Below are positions 51,856-62,388 of a stretch of DNA of 64,000 nucleotides, in pieces. The stretch is from Seison nebaliae (lineage: Eukaryota). The notes under the pieces were generated by a model. It was not told the DNA's origin and ran no database searches. It saw nothing but the letters and a program-made list of their open reading frames with translations. The stretch spans positions 1 through 64,000 of the forward strand of contig JALJEE010000927.1 in assembly GCA_023231475.1 (NCBI GenBank), read 5' to 3'. The position numbers were made by a program, and so were the translations under genes. Position 1 is the first letter of the stretch. Every line of letters starts with the position of its first letter.

Positions 51856-54513
51856 ATGTTACGATATTTCTATATCTATCTGTCTATCCGCATCATCGGT
51901 TAGTAATCTTGTTATCATCTACAGTCATTTGACATTTATGATTAGAGGCTAGTAGCTACAAATTATTATACGACGATCTAATGCAAGAATATGATCCTGC
52001 TGTTCGACCTGTTGAAAATGCCACAGATGCTATGCCCCTATTCTTAGGAGTGAAGCTGCTACAATTGATTGGAATTGTTTATTCACACTAATTCTACATT
52101 CATTTATTCTCATTCATTTCCAAATAGGATGAGAAAAATCAAATAATGACAACAAATGTTCGACTTTATATGGTTTGTTTTTAAATTGAATTATAAAAAA
52201 TTGGTAATTTCCTCCACCAATTTCTCAAAGAGTTGGATAGACACAAAATTAAAATGGAATCCAGCAAGATATGGTGGTATAGAGACGATGTATTTGCCTT
52301 CGAAAAAGATTTGGTTACCTGACATTGTTCTCTACAACAAGTTGGAAATATATTTTATCGATATTATTATTTATTTATCAAGTGCTGACGGCCATTATGA
52401 AGTGTATATTTATACGAGAGTCGAAGTTAGTTACACAGGAAAAGTAATCTGGTTACCGCCCGTTGTTTATAAGAGTTATTGTCCCATTGAAGTTGATTAT
52501 TTTCCATTCGATCAACAGGTTTCCATTTTCTCCTGAAATTCTCACGAATTTACGATTAATCAAATTATTCTTCTTATAGGAATGTTATCTAAAATTTAGT
52601 ACGTGGAGTTATGATGGAAATAATATCGATTTGCAACATATGAACGCCGAACACCATAATGAATCGATTGCATATGTCAATTTAGGTTTGTTTCAGTGTA
52701 CAAACTTTAATTTATTCCTTTCGAATTGAATAGGTTGGGACTTGAGTGAATATGTGTCGAGTGTGGAATGGGATATAATGGCGGCACCTGCGGAAAGAAA
52801 TGTTCATCAATATGAATGTTGTCCGGAACCGTATATTGACATATTCTTTCGAATTACCTTAAGAAGAAAAACATTATTCTATTCTGTAAATTTAATCATT
52901 CCTTGTGTGGCAATCGCCTTTCTTACCGTCTTAGTTTTCAATCTTCCATCGGGTAGTGGAGAAAAAATTAATTTGGCTATTGTCACTCTTGTGTTGTTGA
53001 CTTTCTTCCTCTTACTCTTAATTGAAATCGTTCCACCCACCTCCTTGGCAATACCGTTATTAGGTCAATATCTGTTGATGACGATGATACTCATCAATTT
53101 AAGTATTGTCGTCACAGTAATGGTATTGAACTTACATCATCGTTCACCATCAAGTTCTAATATGCCTTCATGGATGAGAATTGTATTCATCGACGTTCTC
53201 CCCACATACTTGTTAATTCGACGACCTCAACATAGAACTTTATCTGATATCTCACTCGTGAGCGATTTACATCCGCATGAAAAAAATCATTCGGGAAAGA
53301 AATATCATAAAGAAACAAGAAAAGAACATGAAGAAAAAGAAGAAATAAGGAAAGGACATGAAGAGAAAGAAGAAACAACACAGAATTCTCAAAATATTAA
53401 GGATTGTTCGGATAAATCAAAAGAAGAAAAAAAAGAAAATCAAATTGAATCTCCATTACAATATGAGAGTGATGATTTCTCTTCCACAAAAGCCGTCTCT
53501 AAATATCCCATCAATATTATACCATTAACTACATCAACGCCGATAAATAACCGAAAATTCATAAAAGAATCCAAATCAAACAATCGTTTTATCAATCTCC
53601 AATTGGTTAATCAAGATTCGATAGAATGTGCCAGTCTCCTCCCTCAGAATGGCGACTGTTTAGATTATCAAAACAATGTCTTATGTAGCGAACGAAAACG
53701 ACAGAAACCTCGTCGAAATAAGAAATCGCTTATTCTCAATAGACCGACGACCGCCGTACACAAAGAATTTCATGAACAAACACCTCATAGTTTCGATGAT
53801 AAAATTTATTTAACTACACAACTACTTCACAAACATAAGAAACCGTCTTCATCATCAACAAAACGTCAAATTCAAGAAACGGCTTTCTTTACACAGATTG
53901 AACGTTTAAAAGCTTACAAGAAGAGAGCCCATCAAGAACACCGTTGTCATGCTAATCAATATAAGATGAAAAATAAAGGTCAAATTCCCAATGTAACTGC
54001 CAAAACAATACCAATCAGTGAGAACGAAATTAGACAACGGAAGAAACATCGATCAACTTCCAATCGAGTATTAAACCAGTTGAAAGAACGAAATAAAATA
54101 AAATTTGATCAAAAACGAATAGAAGAGAAACAGAAGAAAGGTCTGATCGCTTTGTTCAGATGTCGCGAAGTGAAGAAAGCTATGAAGGGTATCGACTCGT
54201 ATGTTAAACATATCAAAGATGAAGACGATGACATCAGAGTTAATACAATTTTTACTAATAACCAGAAATTTCAATTTATTTTTCCAATTAGATTCTTGGT
54301 GATTGGCAATATCTGAGTCTCGTTTTCGATAGAATATTTTTAATTTTATTCACTGTGGCTTGTACATTAGGAACGATTCTTGTCATGTGCAACGCACCCT
54401 CCTTATATGATAAAAGAGAGACTGTTACCGAATTATTAAGAAAATCAAATAAGATTTCCATTGGTACCAAATCAATAATAAAAACATCTCGATTATATTT
54501 AGCAGCAAAATAA
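51856..54513 (+). CDS. Nicotinic acetylcholine receptor alpha subunit (copy B, divergent), 8 exons
   Basis: LYDDL...[44 protein letters not shown] before M2, [14 protein letters not shown]; seven introns at positions equivalent to copy A. Confidence 0.95.
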
Positions 54514-54569
54514 ATTTTTAAGCAAAGAACATTTTTAAAATTTTTTACAATAAACTGATAAATTAATTT

Positions 54570-55089
54570 TCATTTCTTTTCATTTCCATTAAATGATTTA
54601 GCCAATTTCTCCAATAATCGATTCTCTCGATGAATTCGTTCTTCTAAATCTTGTCGTCTATCGCCCGAAACAATTAAAGCATTTAACATTTGAAGAGAAA
54701 GTGGAACCTCCATTTAGTTCTACGGTTCTGAAACCAGGTTTTCACTTGGGCGTCAGTCATTTCTAATTGTTTCGCCAAATGTGTTCGTTCTCTGGCCGAT
54801 AAATATTTGGTCATTTCGAACTCTAATTCCAATTTTGTCAATTGCCATCTACTGAATGATGTCCGTTGTTTTTTGACTTTAGGTAATTGTCGACTATTAT
54901 ATGGATGACCGGTTTTCCTCTTATTCTGAACTAGTCGATTACTCGCTAATAATTTTCGTAAAATTATTAAGAATTCTTGTTTATCATTCTCTTTTTTAGT
55001 ATTATTCTGAGAAATTTAATATAAAAAGAATAATATAGAAAGAATGAAACTTGACAATTATCTAAAAGAATATCATCAATACGAAACAT
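54570..55089 (-). CDS. TLX: Tlx/Hox11 (clawless/C15) NK-class homeobox protein, 141 aa, 3 exons
   Basis: Introns 55007-55050 and 54658-54707 give MFRIDDIL (eh1)...[23 protein letters not shown]...KYLSARER...[24 protein letters not shown], Thr47 and the KWR|RQ intron are characteristic of Tlx. Absent from the ORF track. Confidence 0.95.
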
Positions 55090-55566
55090 TTTAGTACAGA
55101 AAGAATGATAATAAGATGACGATAAAAGTAACAAGAAATCATTTAGGTGAGAAAGAAGAAACCGAAAATAATTCCGTTAAATATCATTAATTATGTCACA
55201 TTTGAATTCGATTAATTCATCAAAAACTAATTTTGTTGACAGATAAAGATAATAATCATTTCCATCGTCATTAATTGAATCAAATACCGACATTTGATGA
55301 TAGATATCTCCTCCAAGTAATTTCGATTAAACATACTTCCTGTCAAGCTAAAACTATCTTTAACAACCGAAACTAATGTAAGTTTGAATAAATCAACTCT
55401 TTAAAATAAATCAACTAAATGAAATTCCCAACAACAACAGTTGTAGAAGGAGAAATTGAAAATTTAATGAATTCTAATAATAAACCTAACAATTTGAATT
55501 TACAAATCAACTAGTTAATATACTTATCTGCTTTTAAATAAGCCAACATAAATACATCCAAATTGA

Positions 55567-56592
55567 ATGGAACACGTAGAACTTCTTGCAAAATCGATGA
55601 GTGTCAAACGAAAAATCAGAAAGAAAACCGAACTTTCTCATAAACAATTTAGAAGTGTAATTGAAGAGGATAATTGGAGATTATGTTATGCTTTCCAAAA
55701 AACTAATCGTATTGTAGTTGAGAATGAGGAGGAGATTATTTACTTACAAGACCATGGATGTTATGGTGATGTTATCGAGATGAAATATGAGGAGGAAATA
55801 AAGAAAGTTTTATTCCTCGATATATGTGAAGCTTTTTATCTTTCTCATCATTATGCGACATTATTAGTATTTCCAACGAAATCCGATTTAGTTTCAGAAA
55901 AAAAAGATTCTTCTTTATCATTAATTGAATTATGGACGATTGGAAAAGATAAGGATCCCGATTTCCAATTGAAATATGCAGCATACAATTATTATCGGAA
56001 TAAAGGTTGGATTGTTCGACCTGGAATCAAAAATGGTGTTCACTGGCTCCTTTATTCGTCTTCTCCTCAATTTGTTCATTCTCAATATTGTTGTATAATC
56101 ATTCGAAATCAACGAATATCAAAATTAGATTTCCAATTATTTTCTCGATTATCCGAAAGTGTAGGAAAGAAATTGTTACTCCTTCACATTTCTTATCAGA
56201 ATGGTACGACGATTGAATTAGTGGACGATATTGATGAGATGAAGAATGTCCCAACAAGAAATTTTAATTTGTCAAAATATATTTGTGGGAAAGAAACAAT
56301 AACAACGAATGAAATAATGATATCTGATGAAAAACAATTAGAAATCAAAATGATGGATTCTATTAAAAAAGATGAAATAATTTCTTTCAAAAATGAAAAC
56401 GTAGAGAATGTTCGATTAAATGAAGGAAACAATTGTTCGCCTCAAATTGATGATGATAAATTAGAAGTAGAAGTTGATGAAATGTGTGAGAAGTGTGAGA
56501 TTGAAGAGAATGATGAAATTAATTCATTTTTAAACTCATTAAAATTTTCTCAACATATTGTCTCTCGATGTAAGAATTTGAGTAAATTATAA
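55567..56592 (+). CDS. TSEN2: tRNA-splicing endonuclease subunit Sen2
   Basis: LDICEAFYL, YAAYNYYRNKGWIVRPGIKNG...LLY...PQFVHSQY...RLSESVGK; the Tyr/His/Lys catalytic triad is present. Confidence 0.88.
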   Translation: MEHVELLAKSMSVKRKIRKKTELSHKQFRSVIEEDNWRLCYAFQKTNRIVVENEEEIIYLQDHGCYGDVIEMKYEEEIKKVLFLDICEAFYLSHHYATLLVFPTKSDLVSEKKDSSLSLIELWTIGKDKDPDFQLKYAAYNYYRNKGWIVRPGIKNGVHWLLYSSSPQFVHSQYCCIIIRNQRISKLDFQLFSRLSESVGKKLLLLHISYQNGTTIELVDDIDEMKNVPTRNFNLSKYICGKETITTNEIMISDEKQLEIKMMDSIKKDEIISFKNENVENVRLNEGNNCSPQIDDDKLEVEVDEMCEKCEIEENDEINSFLNSLKFSQHIVSRCKNLSKL

Positions 56593-56627
56593 ATATATTT
56601 TATCATTCTCGAAATTTTCTTTGGCAG

Positions 56628-57426
56628 ATGAATTTCTTCTATAAGCACATCATTATTTTATTATCAATTCTTCTTTATAATGGTGTTGAGTCACTGAATT
56701 TTATGCTAACACCGATGATCAACAAATGTCTTCGAAATGAAATTCATAAAAATACTGTAGTTACCGGAACTTACAAAATCACAAAAGTGAACAATGATCA
56801 CAAAACGTCTATAAAGGTTGATTTTGATATTAGTAAAATATTTTTCTTGAAGTTTCATTAGATTGTAGATTCGAAAACTCATACTCTCTATTCCAAAGAT
56901 GATGCTGTTGATGGCAAATTCAGTTTCACCACCAGCGAAAACGATTTTTATGATATCTGTTTCTACACACAAATACCTCAAGGTCTTTTATTTTCTTTCT
57001 TTGTGAAATTCTTTATAAATAATTTCAGGTATTCATAATCCTCATTCGACATTTAATAGTGAAGTGAGTATCGTAGTCCGTCATGGAGTTGAAGCGAAGA
57101 ATTATGAAGAAGTTTTATTTAAATTTTCTTCTCTTAAGCCAAAAATTTTGTTTTATTTTTCTTCTCTAAATCGAAAGATTGCTGTTGCTGGTAAATTGAA
57201 GCCATTGGAGATTGAAATGCGACGATTGGAAGACTTAAGTGAAGAGATCGTCAACGATTATGCATACATGAAACAAAGAGAGGAAGAAATGAGAGATACG
57301 AACGAATCGACAGGAAATCGATTATTCTATTTCTCCATTTTCTCGATGTCGACACTCGTTTTTCTTTCACTTTGGCAAATTCTCTATTTACGTCGTTATT
57401 TCAAATTAGCAAAAATTATTGATTAA
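56628..57426 (+). CDS. TMED10: p24 family cargo receptor TMED10/TMP21, 4 exons
   Basis: Signal peptide, GOLD domain ([10 protein letters not shown]...YDICF), [10 protein letters not shown]...[55 protein letters not shown]. Confidence 0.95.
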
Positions 57427-57689
57427 TCTAATTGTTGAGCATTCGTTGTTTTTACTTATCTGTTGCCGAAGAAAAAAATAATTTTTTCATTTTAAAATCA
57501 TAAATTCGAATAGAAATTTCATTTGAGGATCTTCTTCCGAAACTTTTTCTTTAAATATCAGTATATTTCTCCCTCTTTCTTATCATCAACATCACACTCT
57601 CCCATTATTCGATACGCCCATTTTATTTCGTTGTTGATTAAAATTATTCTCACAAAAAATTTATTTAGATGAAAAATATTTTTGAAATT

Positions 57690-60613
57690 TTATGATCTCA
57701 TAATAATACAAGTCTTCCATTCGATCAATGTTACCAATCCGTTATGTGGACGACTGTCGCACGTTTTTAAAACGAAATTTCCACATTTCCTAATGATTGA
57801 TGGTGGCATCAATAATTTGACAGCCGGCCATATACTTCGCCACTCAAAAACATCTAAAAACTAAAATTTTTTAAAGATTTTTAGAAAAAAATTTTAATAA
57901 AAACTTCATCACCGTTCGAATCCAACATTTGAAATTGATAAGAGGCTACTCGATGCAGAAATAGAATATATTCAGGATCACTATTCAATGAAATTTAAAT
58001 AATATTCTTTCAAAAAAAATTTAATAAGAAATACCTGAAGTTTTTGTAGTTAATATATTGTTTGGAAGAATGAATGTTTGATATTTGGGAAAACGTCTCA
58101 TCTAAATCTTTTATCGTTTTCTACAAATGGTTCTTTTACAATTAAGAATAGTAAAATAAACTTGAAATAAAATTCGACGGAAGATATTACGACGATGGCG
58201 ATTGCAGTATGGTGGGAAGAGACGACGGAACTTATGTGGTTTTCTGAAAGATTTCTTATTGGAATTAAATGGAAATTTTCGGTTTTTCAGATTCTTCCAT
58301 TTGGTTCTATTACGTATTCGATTCATCGGTTTTCGATAAGGAAAAGCATGGTTGATCTGCTTAGATATCGGTAAAAGAAGCTTCATTTTATTTGTTGTCG
58401 TTGTGACTGGTGGAGCAGTTGTTGACATGGGGAACTTTTGTTGATAGAATGGAATAAATCGACTTTGCGTTCTTGATTGGTATGGTGGTAATGTCATGAA
58501 ATCGAAAGGAACTAACAAATGTCTTTGAGTAGTAACTGGTTCTTTCGATGTTATCATTCCTGTAGTTGTGGTGGTGATTGTAGTTGTGGTTGTGCTGGAA
58601 GTTGTAGTTGTTGTTGTAATTGTAGTTGTAATTGTAGTTGTGGTTGTAGTTGTGGTTGTAGTTGTAGTTGTAGTTGTAATTGTAGTTGTAGTTGATGTTC
58701 TTTTTATTGTAACTGTTTTGGATGTCGCTGGTGCCGTAGATGTTCTTTTAAGAGATTGTTGGAAATATGTGAACATCGGTCTATAAGTAAATAATTCGAT
58801 TGGAACAGAAGACGGAGATGTTGTTACTAATATTCTGTCCGAAGTAAATAAACTTGGAATTGTTTGTTTAGTTGAAATAGTTGTTCTATTGTATTTCATC
58901 ATTAAAGGTGATGTTAGATTATAAGTTGTAATATATCGTGTACTGTCGTTACTGGGGATCAGTTTATAATTGGTAGTGGTATTAAAATCATGCAGATTAA
59001 AACTTTTTGAAAATGAAGATTCAAAAGAATTTAAGTTAATATTCTGCTTATGATCTGAATTATCAGATACTTTCAAATGGTCCATATTAGCGTCATCTAA
59101 TAAAACGGGAAAGTTTCCTAACGAAATATGATCATCGTATGAATCACCATAAACATCATCTATCCCGTAATTGAACGGTTTCATTGGGATATGCTTACTT
59201 TTACTCTTTGTAATTGATGTTGGAAGTGGAGCAGTATAAAAATTTTTATCAACAATAATATTATGTTTCATTTTTCCTGATATAAATTCCATTTTCGGAA
59301 TATCGTTATTTGACAGTTCTTTATAAACTTTCTCATTGGATAAATCATCAATCGATATATCTTTATTAATTATTCGCATATTCGACTCGACATAAGGAAC
59401 AGTTAAATCAGATGCTGTTGACAATTGAGGTATTATCGTTGTTGATTTCTTTGGTGTTGGGAGAAAACCATTAATATTATTATCCATTTTTCTATCATTA
59501 TTATCTAAAACTAAAAATTTGCTTTCAATAGAATCAAATGTTTCCGGAAATGTCTTTATCTTATCTACTTTTAGTGATTTTGATGATGAAAATTCTATAT
59601 TATTCTTTTCTGCAGGAAATTTGATATCGACATCGGTATCGGTTATGGCTGATACATGATCATTAGCAGGAATGATGTTGAAGAAAAAATCATCATTAAA
59701 TTTTTGATTGAACATTTTCGATTGATCTACTTCAAATTTCTTAAACTTTCTTCGATGGTTCAATTTTTTTTTCATCAAGAAATTCTCGTTCATTCCATTA
59801 ATTTGATTTCCGAATTCATTCGATGATGATATTGTTGTTGATGTGACTGTTGTGGTTGTAGTAGGATCTATCCTAAATGAAATGGTTGTTGTTGTTGTTG
59901 TTGTTGTTGTTTGCGTTGTAGTTATGGGTGAAATGTTTGAGAATGATATTGTAGAAGATATTTTATTGAATAACAACTCCTCGTTGAAACATTGGGAGAA
60001 TTGAGATTTTGATAACTGTTTAGACGATTGAAGAATGTCATCCGAATTCTTCGTACAATAATCGATGATACAACCAGGTATTTTATGGAATAACATTTCT
60101 AATTTCGATAAAATCTTATCATGATTTAAATCAATTTTTTGGAAGACATTCTTGAAATAATTGTGGAACATTGAAAAATTAGTCTCCACTTCACTTGACA
60201 TTTCATCGATATTATTGATGATTTCTATTTGTTCATTGATAATATCGATATCTCGACAACATTTCCCATAATGCTTCAATTCGATGGGAGATGATGAGTT
60301 GATACAATTCCATTTATTCAGATGACAAATTGAAGAAAATGTCTCATCGTTAGTTCCACAAATAGTCAACGGAATAATATGCTCTGGCTTTTTCAGACAG
60401 TCCTTCAACTCATGTTCACATGTTGAACTCGTTCCAATTAATTGACGACTACCTCGTCTCTTATCGAATGTAATAATATCGTCCACGAGTGTCAGATGAG
60501 AATCATTGAAAACGGCTTGAGACGTGAATAACTAATGGAATGAGAAATGATGAATGGAGGGAAAAGTAGTTAACTTGAAGAAGTGATGAGATTAATAGAA
60601 AATAGTGAAACAT
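57690..60613 (-). CDS. Secreted SMOC/SPARC-like protein: Kazal + EF-hand (EC) + Thr-rich mucin stalk + second EC domain, 5 exons
   Basis: Signal peptide MFHYFLLISSLLQLF; Kazal ICGTNDETFSSICHLNKWNC...HYGKC; EF FQKIDLNHDKILSKLE; poly-Thr; C-terminal FQMLDSNGDEFLDVFEW...KC...CDSRPHNGLVTLIEWKTC. Confidence 0.8.
58563..58695 (-). repeat. Coding ACN triplet repeat (poly-Thr mucin tract)
   Basis: Forward gttgta/gtggtt run encoding TTTT... on the minus strand. Confidence 0.9.
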
Positions 60614-61136
60614 AATTGACGATAGAAATCGGATACGTGAGAAATAAGATCTGTTTCCAATTCACTTCTACTTTTTTCAACAATCAGCAGTGATGGAAAT
60701 GAAAAAAAATTTATTTGTGACGAAATGTACCAAGTTTAATAGGTTCATTCCACCGTTATTAATGTGGATGTGGAACGTGTTGAAATATCTGCTGTCGACT
60801 GCTGATAGATCGAATGGTAAACAATCCTGATATATGATCATGGCATAAACAAATCATTTCAGCTGATTCGTTTACAACTTCCTCTCCCAACATTTCAGAT
60901 GACTATCTCCTGATAAATAGCTTCATGAATTAGTTGATTGACGGTTAACATACTGAGAAGATACAGATAATTTTATTTTTTTACGATTCTCAACATATGT
61001 CTTCTCTGTTACTCTCTCATCACTTCTCACATTCACCACAAAGTGCAATGTCAAAGAAAGAATAATAATTAAATGGGAATTTTATATTAAATACTATGCG
61101 TTTAATATCATTTCTTCCTCACAACAATCATAATCG

Positions 61137-62388
61137 TTAGAGAAAAGAATATCGATTTTTAATATCATTAATCCACAACAAATACGATGATGTCCTCGTA
61201 TAGATATCGAAACGACCAGGAATACCACAACCGTTACCAAAACTAGTAATTCCTTCTAAAATGTACTGTCCCAAATCATCTTTGCAAAACAGTCCCGAAC
61301 CCGAATCACCAGAACAAGGTCCACTATATAATTGTAAATGATCGAGATCGAATTCCTTCTCCGTTTCATTCAAATAGGAGTAATGAATGAATGATTCATC
61401 CAATTTCACATTCTTCCAATTATTCCAGCTCATCAATCCAATCGTACTGATGTGGGAATCTTTAATTCGATGGAATTTATGATTAACAATTTGAATAATA
61501 TGATCTACGACGAGAACTTTCGCCATTTTCAAATAATTCGAATACGAATAATCCACATCTGAATTAGACAATTGAGGACGTACTCGACCATATCCACACA
61601 CATAACATACTTTGTTCGTTAACTCGAATTGTTTACTATTTTCTTTTTAATAAATGTTAAATTGAAGTCTCATTAACTTTCAAAGAATTTATATAAACTT
61701 TCGGGTAAATTTCTAATAAATTCTTTAGGAATTTTCTTATCTACAACAACGATGGCTATATCGTCATCTAGTTTATGTTCAATTTCTGAACCATTTGACG
61801 ATTTCGATGTGAATCGTTCATGTATGTGGACACGACGTACACGATAAACCTAATACGGATAATAGAAGAAAAAAGAACAATTTTCGGAAAATAAAATTTT
61901 GGAATAGAAAGAAAAATAAATTGATTTTCAAATTGACACATACTTGACGATTGATTGCAGATCCGTCCAATCGCTTTAAATTGATTAGGGCGTAAGTCGA
62001 TTGAGTTACGAGAGTTGGAGAACTACTAAAACAATGAGCGGCTGTCAACACTAAATTTACTGAATCAATATTTACACGTTATCTTGATTTATCTTAAAGA
62101 AAACTTCCGATTGCAGTTCCTCCACAGAACCCAAGAGTACTATAGTCCATTCCACCAAATGAAAGATAGAAATTGAAAGTGACATAACCATTCATCAATT
62201 CATAAATTCGATGATGCTCCTCATTTGACAAAATTGAATGAATGGATAAACCTGTTGAAATTGATGAAATATTTTAGAGAAATTCTGATAAAATAAACAA
62301 AACCGTCAGATATTCGTTTATTGATATTCCTGTTCGATGTTAGTCTTATGATGAGAAGCATCAACATTATCAGGATAAGTTTCTTCAT
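61137..62388 (-). CDS. Secreted S1 (trypsin-fold) serine protease, 5 exons
   Basis: Signal peptide MKKLILIMLMLLII, KR|ISDG activation-like site, FCGG, LTAAHC, DDIAIV, CSGDSGSGL, GITSFG.GCG...IYTR. Confidence 0.9.

Noticed and set aside
55419..55514. Upstream ORF (MKFPTTTV...) as a first exon of TSEN2
   Set aside because: The only obvious GT-AG join puts it out of frame with TSEN2 and reaches a stop.
58568..58786. Poly-Val plus-strand ORF
   Set aside because: It is the antisense shadow of the poly-Thr tract of the SMOC-like gene.
647..62388. Alternative genetic code or frameshifting to explain fragmented ORFs
   Set aside because: Every break I traced resolves with a short GT-AG intron under the standard code, and TAA, TAG and TGA all serve as terminal stops.
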